Positions 1 to 12,829 of a DNA stretch of 64,000 bases are shown here, piece after piece. Below the pieces are notes generated by a model. That model had not been told where the DNA came from, ran no database searches, and worked only from the letters and a program-made list of their open reading frames with translations. Each line of letters starts with the position of its first letter. Within the stretch, counting starts at the first letter, position 1. The DNA comes from Octopus vulgaris. Lineage: Eukaryota. The translations under genes were made by a program, and so were the position numbers. The stretch lies in contig OX597833.1 in NCBI GenBank assembly GCA_951406725.2, positions 68,014,001-68,078,000 on the forward strand, read 5' to 3'.

Positions 1-142
1 TTCTCTTTTGCCCCACGGTTTCCTATTAGATAAAAGTTATTAATTCCTCCGTTGAAAAGATTCACGTTAACATAATGGCTTCGGATTTAGACTTAGATGT
101 TTAAGGATAGCGAAGTACGGATATTAGCATTCGCTAGTTCTC

Positions 143-223
143 TTGAAACACACACACACACGGGCACACACGTTTAGAGTTACTCACACACGAATACTAT
201 CCAAATTCTCTCTATATATACAT

Positions 224-282
<59 letters not shown>

Positions 283-471
283 TTTACAGCTACTCATACA
301 GGAATTCTGTCCACATTCTCTCTCTCTCTATATATATATACATATATACATATATACACACACACATATACATATATATATACACACAAACACATATATA
401 TATGTGTATATGCACACATATATATATATATATAAACAGACAAACACACACACACATACATACATACGTAT

Positions 472-517
<46 letters not shown>

Positions 518-775
518 ATATATATATATTTGATATCCAAACATATACGAACATGCACAAACACATGTAGGTGTATGCAGGGATTAACAAACGTTCCATC
601 AATCGGGTTATCGATATAAAAATACGGCTATTCCCTCAATATATCTCGTTAAGCCCATTTCTTTCACTCTCCCACTCTCTATTTCACTCTCCCTCTTTCT
701 GTCTCTCCTTTTGTCAGACACACACACATATTACGAATACTGTGTGTATGTGAATATATATACACGTGTACAGAA

Positions 776-829
<54 letters not shown>

Positions 830-870
830 GTGATTATATGTGGGCGTATATATGAAATATATATATATAT
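143..870. repeat. Compound microsatellite field (CA)n/(TA)n/(TATC)n
   Basis: Directly visible dinucleotide and tetranucleotide runs; they explain the YIYI/HTHT ORFs. Confidence 0.95.
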
Positions 871-1181
871 GTAGGCAGAAAAATATGCGCGCGTGTCTAA
901 ATACACAAATGTATAAAAACCATCTATCCATGAATAGCTAGCTATTTGCCTAGTTGCCTATCTGACAAATAATCAATCAAAATCCCTTTATTTTTCTCCC
1001 TTCTGTCAGAACTCCTTTATATATCGTTCCCTGTTTCTTCCTCTCCTTTTCCCTCCATTTATTTGTGTATGCGTGTGTCCGTACAAACACATACACATCT
1101 GAATAGACACTGCTATGGTTGTTTTTTCTTTCGACAAACATCACAGCAATCCCTTATATTCATATGTATGTATATATGGTA

Positions 1182-1235
<54 letters not shown>

Positions 1236-1632
1236 ATCAGGTGCAACTGCCTGCATTATGCAGTAAATGCATAGTGTGGCATTATTAATATTCATCGCGT
1301 TACCATTCCGTAAGGGTTCAACGCAGGGCGCACCGACCGTGATCATATCAATGAGAGAGAATGTACAATTGATGGAAGTCGGAATCAGAAATTAACTCGA
1401 ATAGGAATCCATAATATCATTGTCGATACCAAGGCCGAAAGAAGACGGTTCTCGTTTGATTATATAGCTTTTACATAATACATCATGTCCATTGTAAATT
1501 TTCTCTTTTTGAAACTTGGAGATCTTTGGCCGAGAACAATCCATTATTAGGTGTATAATGTTTTTTTTTTTTCCTTTTTTTCTTTCATATTTCGTTCTTG
1601 GTCTATAAAAGTCAGAACATAGAATTGTTTCT

Positions 1633-1851
1633 TCTATTCTTTTCCATGTTTCAGTTATTTGACTGCGGCCATGCTGGAGCACCGCCTTTAGTCGAACAAA
1701 TCGATCCCAAGACTTATTCTTTGTAGGCCTCGTACTTATTCTATCGGTCTCGCTTTCCGAACCGATAAGTTACGGGGACGTAAACACCCCAACATTGGTT
1801 GTCAAGCGATGATAGGAACAAACACAGACACAAATACACACACAGACACAA

Positions 1852-1922
<71 letters not shown>

Positions 1923-2072
1923 TTTCTTTCAGTTTCCGTCTACCAAATCCACTCACAAGGCTTTGGTCAGCCCGAGGCTACAGTAGAAGACACTTGCCCG
2001 AGTTTCCATGCAGAGGGACTGAACCCGGAACCATGTGGTTGGTAAGGAAGCTTCTTACTACACAGCCACACC
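1633..2072 (-). mobile_element. tRNA-derived SINE, family A, near full length
   Basis: Reverse complement of the family consensus seen at 21757, 55112 and 62553: A box tggctgtgtggt, B box gggttcagtccc, internal (TA)/(TG) tract, 3' end ccagcatggccgcagtcaaa. Confidence 0.92.
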
Positions 2073-2104
2073 AACGTTATAACTTTTATAATAGCTTTTG
2101 TTTA

Positions 2105-2351
2105 TATCATTGGACTGCGGCCAGGCTGGGGCACCGACTTAAAGACTTTTAGTCGAACAAATCAACCATTGCAGTTCTTTTGTTTTCGGTCATCATGCTG
2201 GGGCATCTCCTTGAAGAAAGTTTAGACGACCAAATCAATATCGGTATATTTTTTTTTAAATCTGGCTCTTATTCTATCAAGCTCTCTTGTCGAACTGCTT
2301 TGTTATGAAGACGTAAATAAACAAGCAACAGCTTCGAGTGGTATTGGGCGT

Positions 2352-2388
<37 letters not shown>

Positions 2389-2545
2389 GACGTGCTTCTT
2401 TCAGGTTCCGTCTGCCAAATCCGAACGCAAATCTTTCGTCTGTCGGAGGCTGCAGTAGAAGACACTTGACCAATGTCTCACACAGCGGGATTGAACCTGG
2501 AGCCATGTGTTTGGGAAGCAAAATTTTTACCCCGCAGCTACGCCA
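2105..2545 (-). mobile_element. Degenerate family A SINE
   Basis: gactgcggccaggctggggcacc ... gaagacacttgacc ... gaacctggagccatgtg, a diverged match to family A. Confidence 0.75.
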
Positions 2546-3568
2546 GTATTTTTTTTTCTTTTTAATCTGGTTTTTATTATATCGGATTAATTTGCCGACG
2601 CGATAAGTGGTTGTAATCAAACCAACATCGGTTGTCAAGGCGTGCAGTGACATACACAGATTCACACACACATACACATATATACATTTTCCATATGTAT
2701 GTGTGTGTATGTGTGTGTCTAAAGATCGACATACATTAAATTCGTCATTAATCCTAATTGCTTGCTATCTCGCTTTGATCCTACTTGCATAAATTTGGCA
2801 GATAGTCCATAATTTAATTACTTTCAGTAATTGTTTCGTATGAAATAATCATCATTAATTCTACAATTACGTAATTAATACATATAACTAATTTCTACAT
2901 ACGTGAGTGTAAAGCAATTTTTATCCTCCGCCATCGCGAATATTACGAGAGAAGCCAATCATATTCTGTTTTCATTTAAATACGAGACGAAGTGAATGAT
3001 CTCTCTCCTTATCTCTCTCTCTCTCTCTCTCACACACATGCACCCACAGAATTATGTGTCTCTATGGCTTTTGCTTAACGCATGTCTTCTAAGACCATAG
3101 AGAAGGTTCCCAGTCCTGTGGACATTTTGTCTGTGTTTCCTGTTAGAAACCGTTTCCTTTATATTAGTTATATAACTGATGTGGCATAATCTGTCAATAA
3201 ACTAGAACTGACAACAAAAAAAAAGAAAAGATTCTACGACATACATACATTTCTTTTTAACCATGTTCTAATAATCGTCGATCTACTCCAACCGCTAAAT
3301 ACAAGACACACACAAGCCACTCACACAGCATGGATGTTACTGTTTTTATATAAAGACCTGTGTTAAAATATAAAGAAAGAAACAATGGCTGTTACTGTTA
3401 CTGCATTACTGACACACACAGAATTATACAAAATATGGTGGGGTTAGTTCACATGTGATCTAAACGACTAGGTACGCTAGGTAAGTGCTGTAACGGATTA
3501 CTAGGGCTCCAAGATAATAGCCGAGACGGTAGTTATGGAGCCATTGCAGATATATAATATATCAGACG

Positions 3569-3803
3569 TATAATTGTTAAAGAAGACAACAAACTTTAAG
3601 GCAAGACAAACATCTCAAGTCATATACATTATTACTATTGGAAAAAACAATTCAAAGTCATACATCTGTTTCTTGGATATCCCATTTTCTAGGATATCCC
3701 AGAAACACCTGTAAGACTTTGAATTGTTTTTCCAATAATGATAATGTATATGACTTAGGATGCTTGCCTTGCCTTAACGTTTCTTGTCCTCTTTAACAAT
3801 TAC
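3569..3803. repeat. Long fold-back (arms about 113 bp, loop about 9 nt), probably from a Penelope-like element
   Basis: Arm taattgttaaagaagacaacaaac...gtttcttggatatcc is complementary, with scattered mismatches, to ggatatcccagaaac...cctctttaacaatta. Confidence 0.9.
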
Positions 3804-3891
3804 ACATGGAGTTATACGTTGCGAAAATGGCATGATGCGTTGTAAGTGGAACTCTGTTAAGGGGCGAGCGGACAGCAAGAGAAATGTTTAG

Positions 3892-3936
3892 AAGAAAGAC
3901 GCCTGGAAAGCAAGCGTTTCGACCCGTTAGTTTCTT
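3892..3936 (-). ncRNA. Degenerate minimal type I hammerhead ribozyme motif
   Basis: Minus strand reads aagaaa-CTAACGG-gtc-GAAA-Cgcttg ctttc caggcG-TC-tttctt: 6-bp stem I, paired stem III, GUC site, core with 2 substitutions from CUGACGA. Confidence 0.55.
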
Positions 3937-4170
3937 ACACGTTAAGGGAATTGAGCCGAGCTATGGCATGGCATCTGAATGTTCTGCTGTTTTAGAAATG
4001 CTACTTTGATGATCACATTCGAAGAAGCAGAGGTATGGAAAGCATTATGGTACGAGTAAGTGCAGAAGGCAATGGGCTGAAAATATCACGAGCTGAATTG
4101 ACAAGAATGGCACGAAAATTTCAGAACACGAACTTAAGCGGGAAACCTTTCGTTGTAGAATCAGCTATAT

Positions 4171-4575
4171 AGGCAGGAGTGGCTGTGTGGTAAGTAGCTT
4201 GCTTACGAACCACATGGTTCCTGGTTCAGTCCCACTGCGTGGCACCTTGGGCAAGTGTCTTCTGCTATAGCCTCGGGCCGACCAAAGCCTTGTGAGTGGA
4301 TTTGGTAGACGGAAACTGAAAGAAGCCCGTCGTATATATGTGTATATATATGTTTATGCGTGTGTATATGTTTGTGTGTCTGTTTATTTCCCCAGCATCG
4401 CTTGACAACCTATGTAGGTGTGTTTACGACCCCGTAACTTATAGGTTCGGAAAGAGAGACTGATAGAGTAAGTACTAGGCTTACAAAGAATAAGCCCTGT
4501 GGTCGATTTGCTCGACTTAAGGCGGTGCTCCAGCATGGCCACAGTCAAATGAGTGAAACAAGTAAAAGAGTAAAA
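4171..4575 (+). mobile_element. Family A SINE, full length
   Basis: ggcaggagtggctgtgtggtaagtagcttgc...ggttcagtcccactgcgtggcaccttgggcaagtgtc...gaaacaagtaaaagagtaaaag. Confidence 0.95.
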
Positions 4576-5192
4576 GTGTAATACGGTACAGTCGTAAGAT
4601 ACACAACGACGACGACTACGACATTTAATGTGAAATGGACCCAAAATTTCAAATAATACAATTTCCCTAATATCAGCTTTATACCGATCGATCGGGAAGA
4701 CCAAACTTGTATCGTGTATCTAATTTAATATGGCTTTCCTTCCTACAGCTCTCTGTGTAAATGCCTTGCAGCATTCTTGTGAAGTGGTTGTATCGCAGCC
4801 ATTCTCACTAAAGTCTCACTCTTTAGATTAGGTAAATGTTATGTTAAATTACTAATTTACTCTTATCTGACAAATGTTTCCATGGATTCTATAATTTTGT
4901 GAGGAACAGGAGTATATCAAATGTGGTGGACGTACACGTTTCTTTTTCTGCCTATGGTAATATTTCGATATTCTGTATATAAGTGTGTATGTGTTTGCGC
5001 CGTCGATGCATGTATGCAAAATAAAATAAGCATGTACGTATGTTTTTGTGTGTGTGCATGTATAAATATACATATTTCAATGAATATGTAATCGTATATG
5101 TACAAACATGCTAATATAAATAGGTGTATATGTATTTAAAATTATGTATATACGTATCGCTCTCTTCTTCCCACGTTCTCTCCTTCTCTCTG

Positions 5193-5240
<48 letters not shown>

Positions 5241-5245
5241 CTTGA

Positions 5246-5600
5246 CACTCCGTCTATTACGACGAAGAGGGTTCCAGTTGATCCGATCAACGGAACAGCC
5301 TGCTCGTGAAATTAACATGCACTCCACAGGCATGTGTACCCTTAACGCAATTCTCGGGGAGATTCAGCGTGACACAGGGTGTGACAGGACTGGCCCTTTG
5401 AAATACAGGTACAACAGAATCAAGAAGAAAGAAATTTGTGGTGAAAGGGTACAGCATGTTTCGCCACCTCCTTCTGCCAGATCCTCGTGGAGCCTTAGGT
5501 GTTTTCGCTCAATAAACACTCACAACGCTCGGTCTGGGAATCAAAACCGCGATTCTGCGAATGCACGTTTGCTATCCTAACCACTGGACCACTGCGCCTC
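5246..5600 (-). mobile_element. tRNA-derived SINE, family C subtype 1
   Basis: Closely matches 16870-17229; tRNA-like head at the right end; 3' part shared with 41229 and 56884. Confidence 0.88.
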
Positions 5601-5809
5601 TATTATATATTTAATTTCTATATAATCACAGAAACATCGGCACACAGATATATATTGAGAAGTTAAAACCCGCTGTTCTTACGGAATACAAAAACTGAAA
5701 AAAATACAAAGGAAGAAATAATTTTGTTTCGAATCCATCTTAGCGGAAACAGCATCTCCCTCAAGCTTTCTGTATACAGAAATATCTTTCCATTCATGTC
5801 ATCTATGTA

Positions 5810-6305
5810 TGTTAAGGCCATTCCTAAATTGTTATATATTTACATTTTAGTCTCATGACTATTTTTCTTTTCCACTGGGCCGCTGGTAGTGGTAAATTTC
5901 TATCGAATTTTTTACTACCCTAAATTGATTAATTGATTATTTTCTGACTAATTCTGAGATTGAATCGGCAGTTTATATTTGCTGCTAATAAGGTTGGCGC
6001 GATTGCGCTGGTCTTCGAAAATTTTAAGACAGATATCCCAGAGGCTTCGATACAGTAGCCTCGTGTATATTTGCCTCTACCAAAGGTTTCTTTACTGACG
6101 AAGCGTGACCTATGGTAGATTAGCTTAATTTAATTTAATTAAGCTGGTCTATCATTAAAAGCGCAGAAACGATGCATCGTCTAAAAGATGAATTAGGGTA
6201 AACGTTTTTAATTTTTCACCTATTTCCGAATATATTATTTGGCGGTTAGAGTTATGGCTGCTCTGTCTAGTGGACGAATGGCCTGTTAAGGCCATTCCTA
6301 AATTG

Positions 6306-6313
<8 letters not shown>
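5810..6313 (+). mobile_element. 474-nt structured unit with 30-bp terminal redundancy and a hammerhead (retrozyme or Penelope pseudo-LTR-like)
   Basis: tgttaaggccattcctaaattgttatatat at 5810-5839 and 6284-6313; several G.U-containing hairpins; ends in (TA)n. Confidence 0.7.
6089..6188 (+). ncRNA. Type I hammerhead ribozyme with near-canonical core
   Basis: ttta-CTGACGA(6095-6101)-long stem II-GAAA(6166-6169)-Cgatgcatc-GTC(6179-6181)-taaa. Stem III ACGATGCATCGT is a perfect palindrome; stem II contains a 19-bp hairpin with 3 G.U pairs. Confidence 0.8.
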
Positions 6314-6350
<37 letters not shown>

Positions 6351-6610
6351 AGTGAACCGCTCCTTTCTTGCATAGATTCCCTTGCACTGGGTTTCATTAC
6401 AAGGAGTTTTGAGTAGGGGCATATTAAGAGGAGGGGAAACCCCTGAAGGTAGAAAGGCGAAAGGATTTATTTAGTTGCGGTTGCTGTTTCTCCTCGTACC
6501 AAGTTTGAAACAACCACCCTGCCGTATCTGTGTCAATCTAAGGAAATTTTATTCTGTCTCTAGATTTTGATTCTGCTTCATTTATCAATGAATTTTATTT
6601 ATTTACATAT

Positions 6611-6641
<31 letters not shown>

Positions 6642-6710
6642 TGTAAAGCTTATTGATTATTTCCGGAGAATTAGCAATAACTAGCATTGCATTTTGTTTG
6701 CAAATGAACT

Positions 6711-7325
6711 AAATAGGTAGAGAGATAGATGGGAAGGTGGAGTGATAGAGGGTTAGGTAAGAAGGCAACTAAATTAGATAGGTAGATAGATTGATAGATA
6801 AATAGGTAGAGAGATAGATGGGAAGGTGGAGTGATAGAGGGTTAGGTAAGTAGACACCTAAAATAGATAGGTAGATAGATTGATAGATAAATAGGTAGAG
6901 AGATAGATGGGAAGGTGGAGTGATAGAGGGTTAGGTAAGAAGACACCTAAAATAGATAGGTAGATAGATTGATAGATAAATAGGTAGAGAGATAGATGGG
7001 AAGGTGGAGTGATAGAGGGTTAGGTAAGTAGACACCTAAAATAGATAGATTGATAGATAAATAGGTAGAGAGATAGATGGGAAGGTGGAGTGATATAGGG
7101 TTAGGTAAGTAGACACCTAAAATAGATAGGTAGGTAGATTGATAGATAAATAGGTAGAGAGATAGATGGGAAGGTGGAGTGATAGATGTTTAGGTAAGAA
7201 GACAACTAAATTAGATAGGTAGATAGATTGATAGATAAATAGGTAGAGAGATAGATGGGAAGGTGGAGTGATATAGGGTTAGGTAAGTAGACACCTGAAA
7301 TAGATAGGTAGATAGATTGATAGAT
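6711..7325. repeat. Purine-rich minisatellite, 7 copies of about 89 bp
   Basis: Unit aaataggtagagagatagatgggaaggtggagtgatagagggttaggtaag... starts at 6711, 6800, 6889, 6978, 7059, 7148 and 7237. Confidence 0.95.
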
Positions 7326-7901
7326 TGATTAGTACGTAGATTAAGAGACCAGATATAGACAGACATACAGATGTTTAGATACAGAGTTAGCTAAATACAT
7401 AGGGAGAACAAGAGATGATTAGATATATAGTTACATAGAACGGAGAAGCAGAAGGATAGACAGACAGGCAGACATAGATAGATAGATTGATACGAAGATA
7501 AAGAAACCAGAGAGAGAGAAAGACATACCGTTGTTTAAATATAGTGTTAGCTAATACATGGTGGGAACAAAATAGTGTTAGATATATAGTTATATAGAAT
7601 AGATAAATAGGTAGGTAGGTAGGTAGCCAATTATATACGTAGATGCATAAAAAAAACACAGTTCGATGGATACATATATGGAAAGATAGATGATGAGATA
7701 TACAGATAGTCAGACAGATGCATAAGCAGACATACATACAGACAGATCGATAGCTCGATAGATGCAGGCGGATAGGTAGGTACAGAGGTGAATAAAGAAA
7801 TAAAGACGATGTCAGTAAACTAGGTGAAATATTTATGCATGCTTGAAAAGCGAACGTTTACGTTTTATGCCTATAATTTATTATTTAGACTTATTCACTA
7901 A

Positions 7902-7962
<61 letters not shown>

Positions 7963-8479
7963 CGGTTGGTTTCACAGTATTTATTGTTAATGCATCCATT
8001 TGAAATGGGATTTCCAAAATACTTGCTCTTTCGAAACAGTTTAATCTCTCGAGACGAACTTAAGAGCGAGGGAACGAGTAAATACAATTTTCCTCTTTTA
8101 TATAATTATTTATCTGTTCTTTATTTTTTTTTACTTCCTAAAATTAATTTATTTTTTCTCTTTATATATATTTATGCATTTATCTATTTAGTATATGCAC
8201 CTGATTTTATTTTCTTTTATTTATCGCTTGATTAATTTATATATTTCCATTTAGGTTTTCAATACATTCAGGTACTCCTCATCTCAACACCACTTTAGAC
8301 TAAGCGCTAGGCTTGCGGCTAAATTTCTACGTTTTCGCTTTCTATCGCTTTTTTTTTACCTTATATATTTTTTTCCAGTTTTTGTTCGTAAGAAAACATA
8401 CGGGATATTATCGAATCCCTTTAAGGCCGGCACCTTAATTGAATAGTTTTTATCATCATCATCATCATAATGATCATCA

Positions 8480-8517
<38 letters not shown>

Positions 8518-9069
8518 TATTATTATTATTATTATTATCATTATTTCAACGCATTTCCATCTTCAGTTTAGAAGGAAATAACACGTAAAAATCTCTATCT
8601 CACAAATAACTTTGGTGATACCACAAAGGAATTACTAAGCTAATGTTATTAAAATGCTGACATTATTGCGGCAAGAATAAAAGAAATAGAAAGAGAAAAT
8701 GCGGGGGGGGGGGGGGGGAATCAGAGCAAAATAAATAAATAAAATAAATAAATAAATAGATAAAATATAGAAAGAAGGAATGGAAGGAAGGAAGGAAGGA
8801 AGAAAGGAAGGATGATGAACTAAATGAGCGACTGAATCGTCGTTATTAGTTTATGGCTGAAAATTAATTAACTTGAGTGCTGTTACGACCCTTCCCAACG
8901 TGACCTTCAAGTTCATACTCAAGGGATTGATCAATCTGAAATCTGCATATTCCCTACTTATACATACATGCATTACATTTATACACACATAGATACTTAC
9001 ACGTATGTGTATATATGTATTTAACTATGTGTATGTATACATATAAACGTTTATGCAAGTATGTGCGTT

Positions 9070-9161
9070 TCTATCTATCTATGTATATCTATCTCTCTCT
9101 ATCTATCTATATACATTTATCTATCTATATATATATATATTTATCTATCTATTTCTCTCTA

Positions 9162-9196
<35 letters not shown>

Positions 9197-9199
9197 TTA

Positions 9200-9237
<38 letters not shown>

Positions 9238-9406
9238 CTATCTATATATATATTTATATCTATCTATATATATATTTATATCTATCTATATATATATTTA
9301 TATCTATCTATATATATATTTATATCTATCTATATATATATTTATATCTATCTATATATATATTTATATCTATCTATATATATATATATTTATCTATCTA
9401 TATATT

Positions 9407-9440
<34 letters not shown>

Positions 9441-9510
9441 TTTATCTATCTATCTATATATATATATTTATCTATCTATCTATATATATATATCTATCTA
9501 TCTATCTATA

Positions 9511-9546
<36 letters not shown>

Positions 9547-9661
9547 TTTATCTATCTATCTATATATATATATTTATCTATCTATCTATATATATATATT
9601 TATCTATCTATCTATATATATATATATTATATATCTATCTATCTATATATATATATATACA

Positions 9662-9695
<34 letters not shown>

Positions 9696-9781
9696 TATAT
9701 ATATTATCTATCTATCTATATATATATATATATATTTATCTATCTATCTATATATATATATATTATCTATATATATATATA

Positions 9782-9817
<36 letters not shown>

Positions 9818-9828
9818 TATATATTTAT

Positions 9829-9875
<47 letters not shown>

Positions 9876-9940
9876 ATTATCTATCTATTTATCTATTTAT
9901 CTATCTCCCTCTCTCTCTCTCTCTCTATCTATCTATCTAT
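9070..9940. repeat. About 870-bp compound (TATC)n/(TA)n satellite
   Basis: Directly visible; source of the three 270-358 aa pseudo-ORFs. Confidence 0.95.
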
Positions 9941-10416
9941 GAACCCATGCACATATACACACGTATATATACATGTAAATACGCATGCACGCGCAATAGG
10001 TGTTTTACATATTGCCTCAAGCATTCTGGTGCAGTTCATTACTCGGAATCTTCCAGCACCAATTCGATTAAACCAGCCGCATCAACAATAATTCACCGGT
10101 GTTTAATATAATTTTTTTTTTTATTGATCTCAGATTGACGAATGACAATGTCGACCTCAGTGCCATTTCAAATCGAAATGGAATGTCATAGGTGTGTTTT
10201 CACTTAGCCATTGAAATGCAACAACAACAACAACAACAGCAAGAGCGAAGAATATGATTAGAACTAGAATTACTACCATAACAAGGAACAGTGCTACTGT
10301 TGTTGCTGTTGTTGCTGTGGTAGATGTTATCGCACTAGAAATGCCATTAATCGTAGAAATTAATGAGATATTAAATAAAATAGTGATTCATTTTCTGATG
10401 TTGAGTCACTATGTTG

Positions 10417-10600
10417 AGGCATACGTGTGACTGTTTGGTAAGAAGTGTGCATTCGAACCAAAAGGTTTCAGGTTCTGTCCCCACTGTGTCGTATCGGGAG
10501 TAAATGTCTTCCGCTATAGCCCCGGGTCGACCAATGCATTGTGAGAGGACTTGACCCACGGAAACTAAAAAAAAGCCAGTCGTGTGTGTGTGTGTGTATG
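10417..10600 (+). mobile_element. Family A SINE, 5' half, degenerate
   Basis: ggttctgtccccactgtg...ctatagccccgggtcgaccaatgcattgtgag...ggaaactaaaa. Confidence 0.7.
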
Positions 10601-10624
10601 TATGTATCTATCGCTCTGTGTGCA

Positions 10625-10808
10625 TGATGGATCGTTAGCCACTACACACATATTTTTCTTTCCTTGTTTTTTTTCTGTGTCCCTTTCTGTAGAAGAGCAT
10701 AGGCTCGAAACGTAAAAGACTTTTTCTGTTCCTGAGCGTTATACTAATACATCTGTTTGTTTTGTACACCACCAATCTTCGTCTTTTGTTTTTATTTTCG
10801 TAAACTCT

Positions 10809-10815
<7 letters not shown>
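10625..10815 (+). mobile_element. Penelope-like pseudo-LTR fragment with variant minimal hammerhead (10683-10718)
   Basis: cttt-CTGTAGAA-GAGC atag GCTC-GAAA-CG-TA-aaag; related copy at 12830-13030; both end at TA repeats. Confidence 0.6.
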
Positions 10816-10866
<51 letters not shown>

Positions 10867-12829
10867 GTGTGTGTGTGTGTGTCTTTGTGTTTGTCCCACA
10901 ACACTGCTTCAAAACCGGTGTTAATTTTTTTACACCCCACCCCTGCAACATTCGTTCGTCAAATCTGTTCGTCAAACAGATCGATGCAATAATTACCAAG
11001 CATAGAAAACATTAAAATCTAAGCGGGGTCCCACCCGCAAGGTTATGCACGCTTTCTCTCGATATGAGATCACCATATTGCGCACATATGCTTGTGATGC
11101 ATATATCTGGTGTACGCTTATCAGACGAGTAGCCATGATAGGTGTACTGAGCTTCGGAAATTTCTACCCCAGCGTCACTTTGATGGCATGTACATATAAG
11201 AATGCTAATAATGTTTTTTAAATTCCGGCACAAAGCCAGTGAATTAAGGGGTAGAGTTTAATCGACTTTATTGCCCTCATTACTCAACCTGTACTTTTTT
11301 TAATCGACTCTGCGATGATGATATGTCCTCGCTGAAAGAGATGGCGTTAAACAGTTTTTCCGGCACCCAAATGATTCCGTCCATCTGGTCGTCTTGATAA
11401 TTATAGTAGTACTGTTTGCCATAATAATAGTTGTAGTTGTTGTAGTGGGTAATAATAATAATAATAGTTGTACTAGTTGTTGTTGTAGTAGTAATAATGA
11501 TAATAATCAACATGAAGGTAGTGAAATGCATTTTTGTCATTACGATAGATTAGCTAAGTTAATGGATATTATTTTTCTATTAGACGCTTCGCTTAGTTCT
11601 ATTAGTTGACTTACTGGTCTACTTCATTCCATTCTGTTTTAATGTTAACCTTGTTTATTTACTTATTTTCTTGCCTTCTTCTTTGTAGCTGTTTTCTTTT
11701 CTTTTCTTTTGTAACTCTTTGATCTCTTACAGAACAGCGTTCCGGCTGTGATCTTTAAACAGGGAAAAAAAAGTTTTAAATCTCTCGGTCACTTAGTTTC
11801 CTGATACGTTTTCAATTCCCAGCTGAAATATTCATTCTTATCATTTGTGCATGTTACGCTAACCTCGTCCTCAGCTTCTTCTTCTTCTTCTTCTTCCTCC
11901 CCGTGAATTTATTGGGTTATTTCTAGCAAGAAAATAAAACAAAGAAAATCAATTTACACCACGTGACAGGTAACATAAGGGCATAACGTTCAAATCCTGC
12001 AATACAAGCAAGCGTAAAAAAGTATATTCTGTTATGATGTTTTAAATTCCCAAGTTGGAAAATAATGGTCTGTAAACAAAGGAAACGGAATCCACGATTC
12101 GTTACATAATACTCATATAATTATTATGATTAAGAAGAATTCATAGCAAAACTAGATAATGTCTTGTTTTGAATTCCCCAAATAAAACTAATTATTAACG
12201 GTTTTGCTTTCGAAATTGATATCATACTCATTGAAACTATAACCCGTTCCCTTCTACAATAGGGTGTTCATGCTTCAGCAATGAAAACGAAGAACTCAGG
12301 ACAACAGTGCACACCTGAATTATTTCAAAGATTATTCGAGAGTTAGTTTCAACGATGGCGCTTAAGCAATGTCTGTGATGGAGCCTGTGACGTAGCCTGA
12401 TTGTATAGAGGAAGAATTACTCTAACAAAAACTGCTCTTTAAACGACGTATGACTGCTAAGAATACAACTATACCCGTATTTGTCTTACTTTAGAAATAA
12501 TACACATGCACACACACACATAATCGTTATTTGCAATGAGTACAGCTAGATCGAAAACGACGATGTGGATAATTATTCTTGATACGTTCCGGCAGATTCG
12601 AACGCAAAATATGCAAGTTGTTGTTGTGTACGTCCCAGGAGAACAACTTTTTTCTGTTCACGATGAACGTAGGTTTATAACACACTTGAATCCTCGGCGC
12701 AGAGTATCTGAGACACCGTTATTTCGTTATGTTGTCACGTCAGCTTGATATACTCGAATCTTTTGAACCTAAACAACCTTGTAGCTTTGTTATATAACAT
12801 TTTAACCTGTGAAACCTTTAATCCAGACA

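Noticed and set aside
4171-4245. Functional tRNA genes at SINE heads
   Set aside because: A and B boxes are present but the cloverleaves are incomplete and run directly into SINE bodies.
6746-6760. Interstitial telomere sequence
   Set aside because: Only about 1.5 TTAGGG-like units per minisatellite monomer, with no tandem array.
9015-10111. Long ORFs of 270-358 aa and all [16 protein letters not shown] ORFs
   Set aside because: They are translations of stop-free (TA)n, (TATC)n and (CA)n repeats, not genes.
11680-11790. Strong plus-strand splice acceptor at 11730
   Set aside because: No convincing donor downstream, and pyrimidine tracts are common here.
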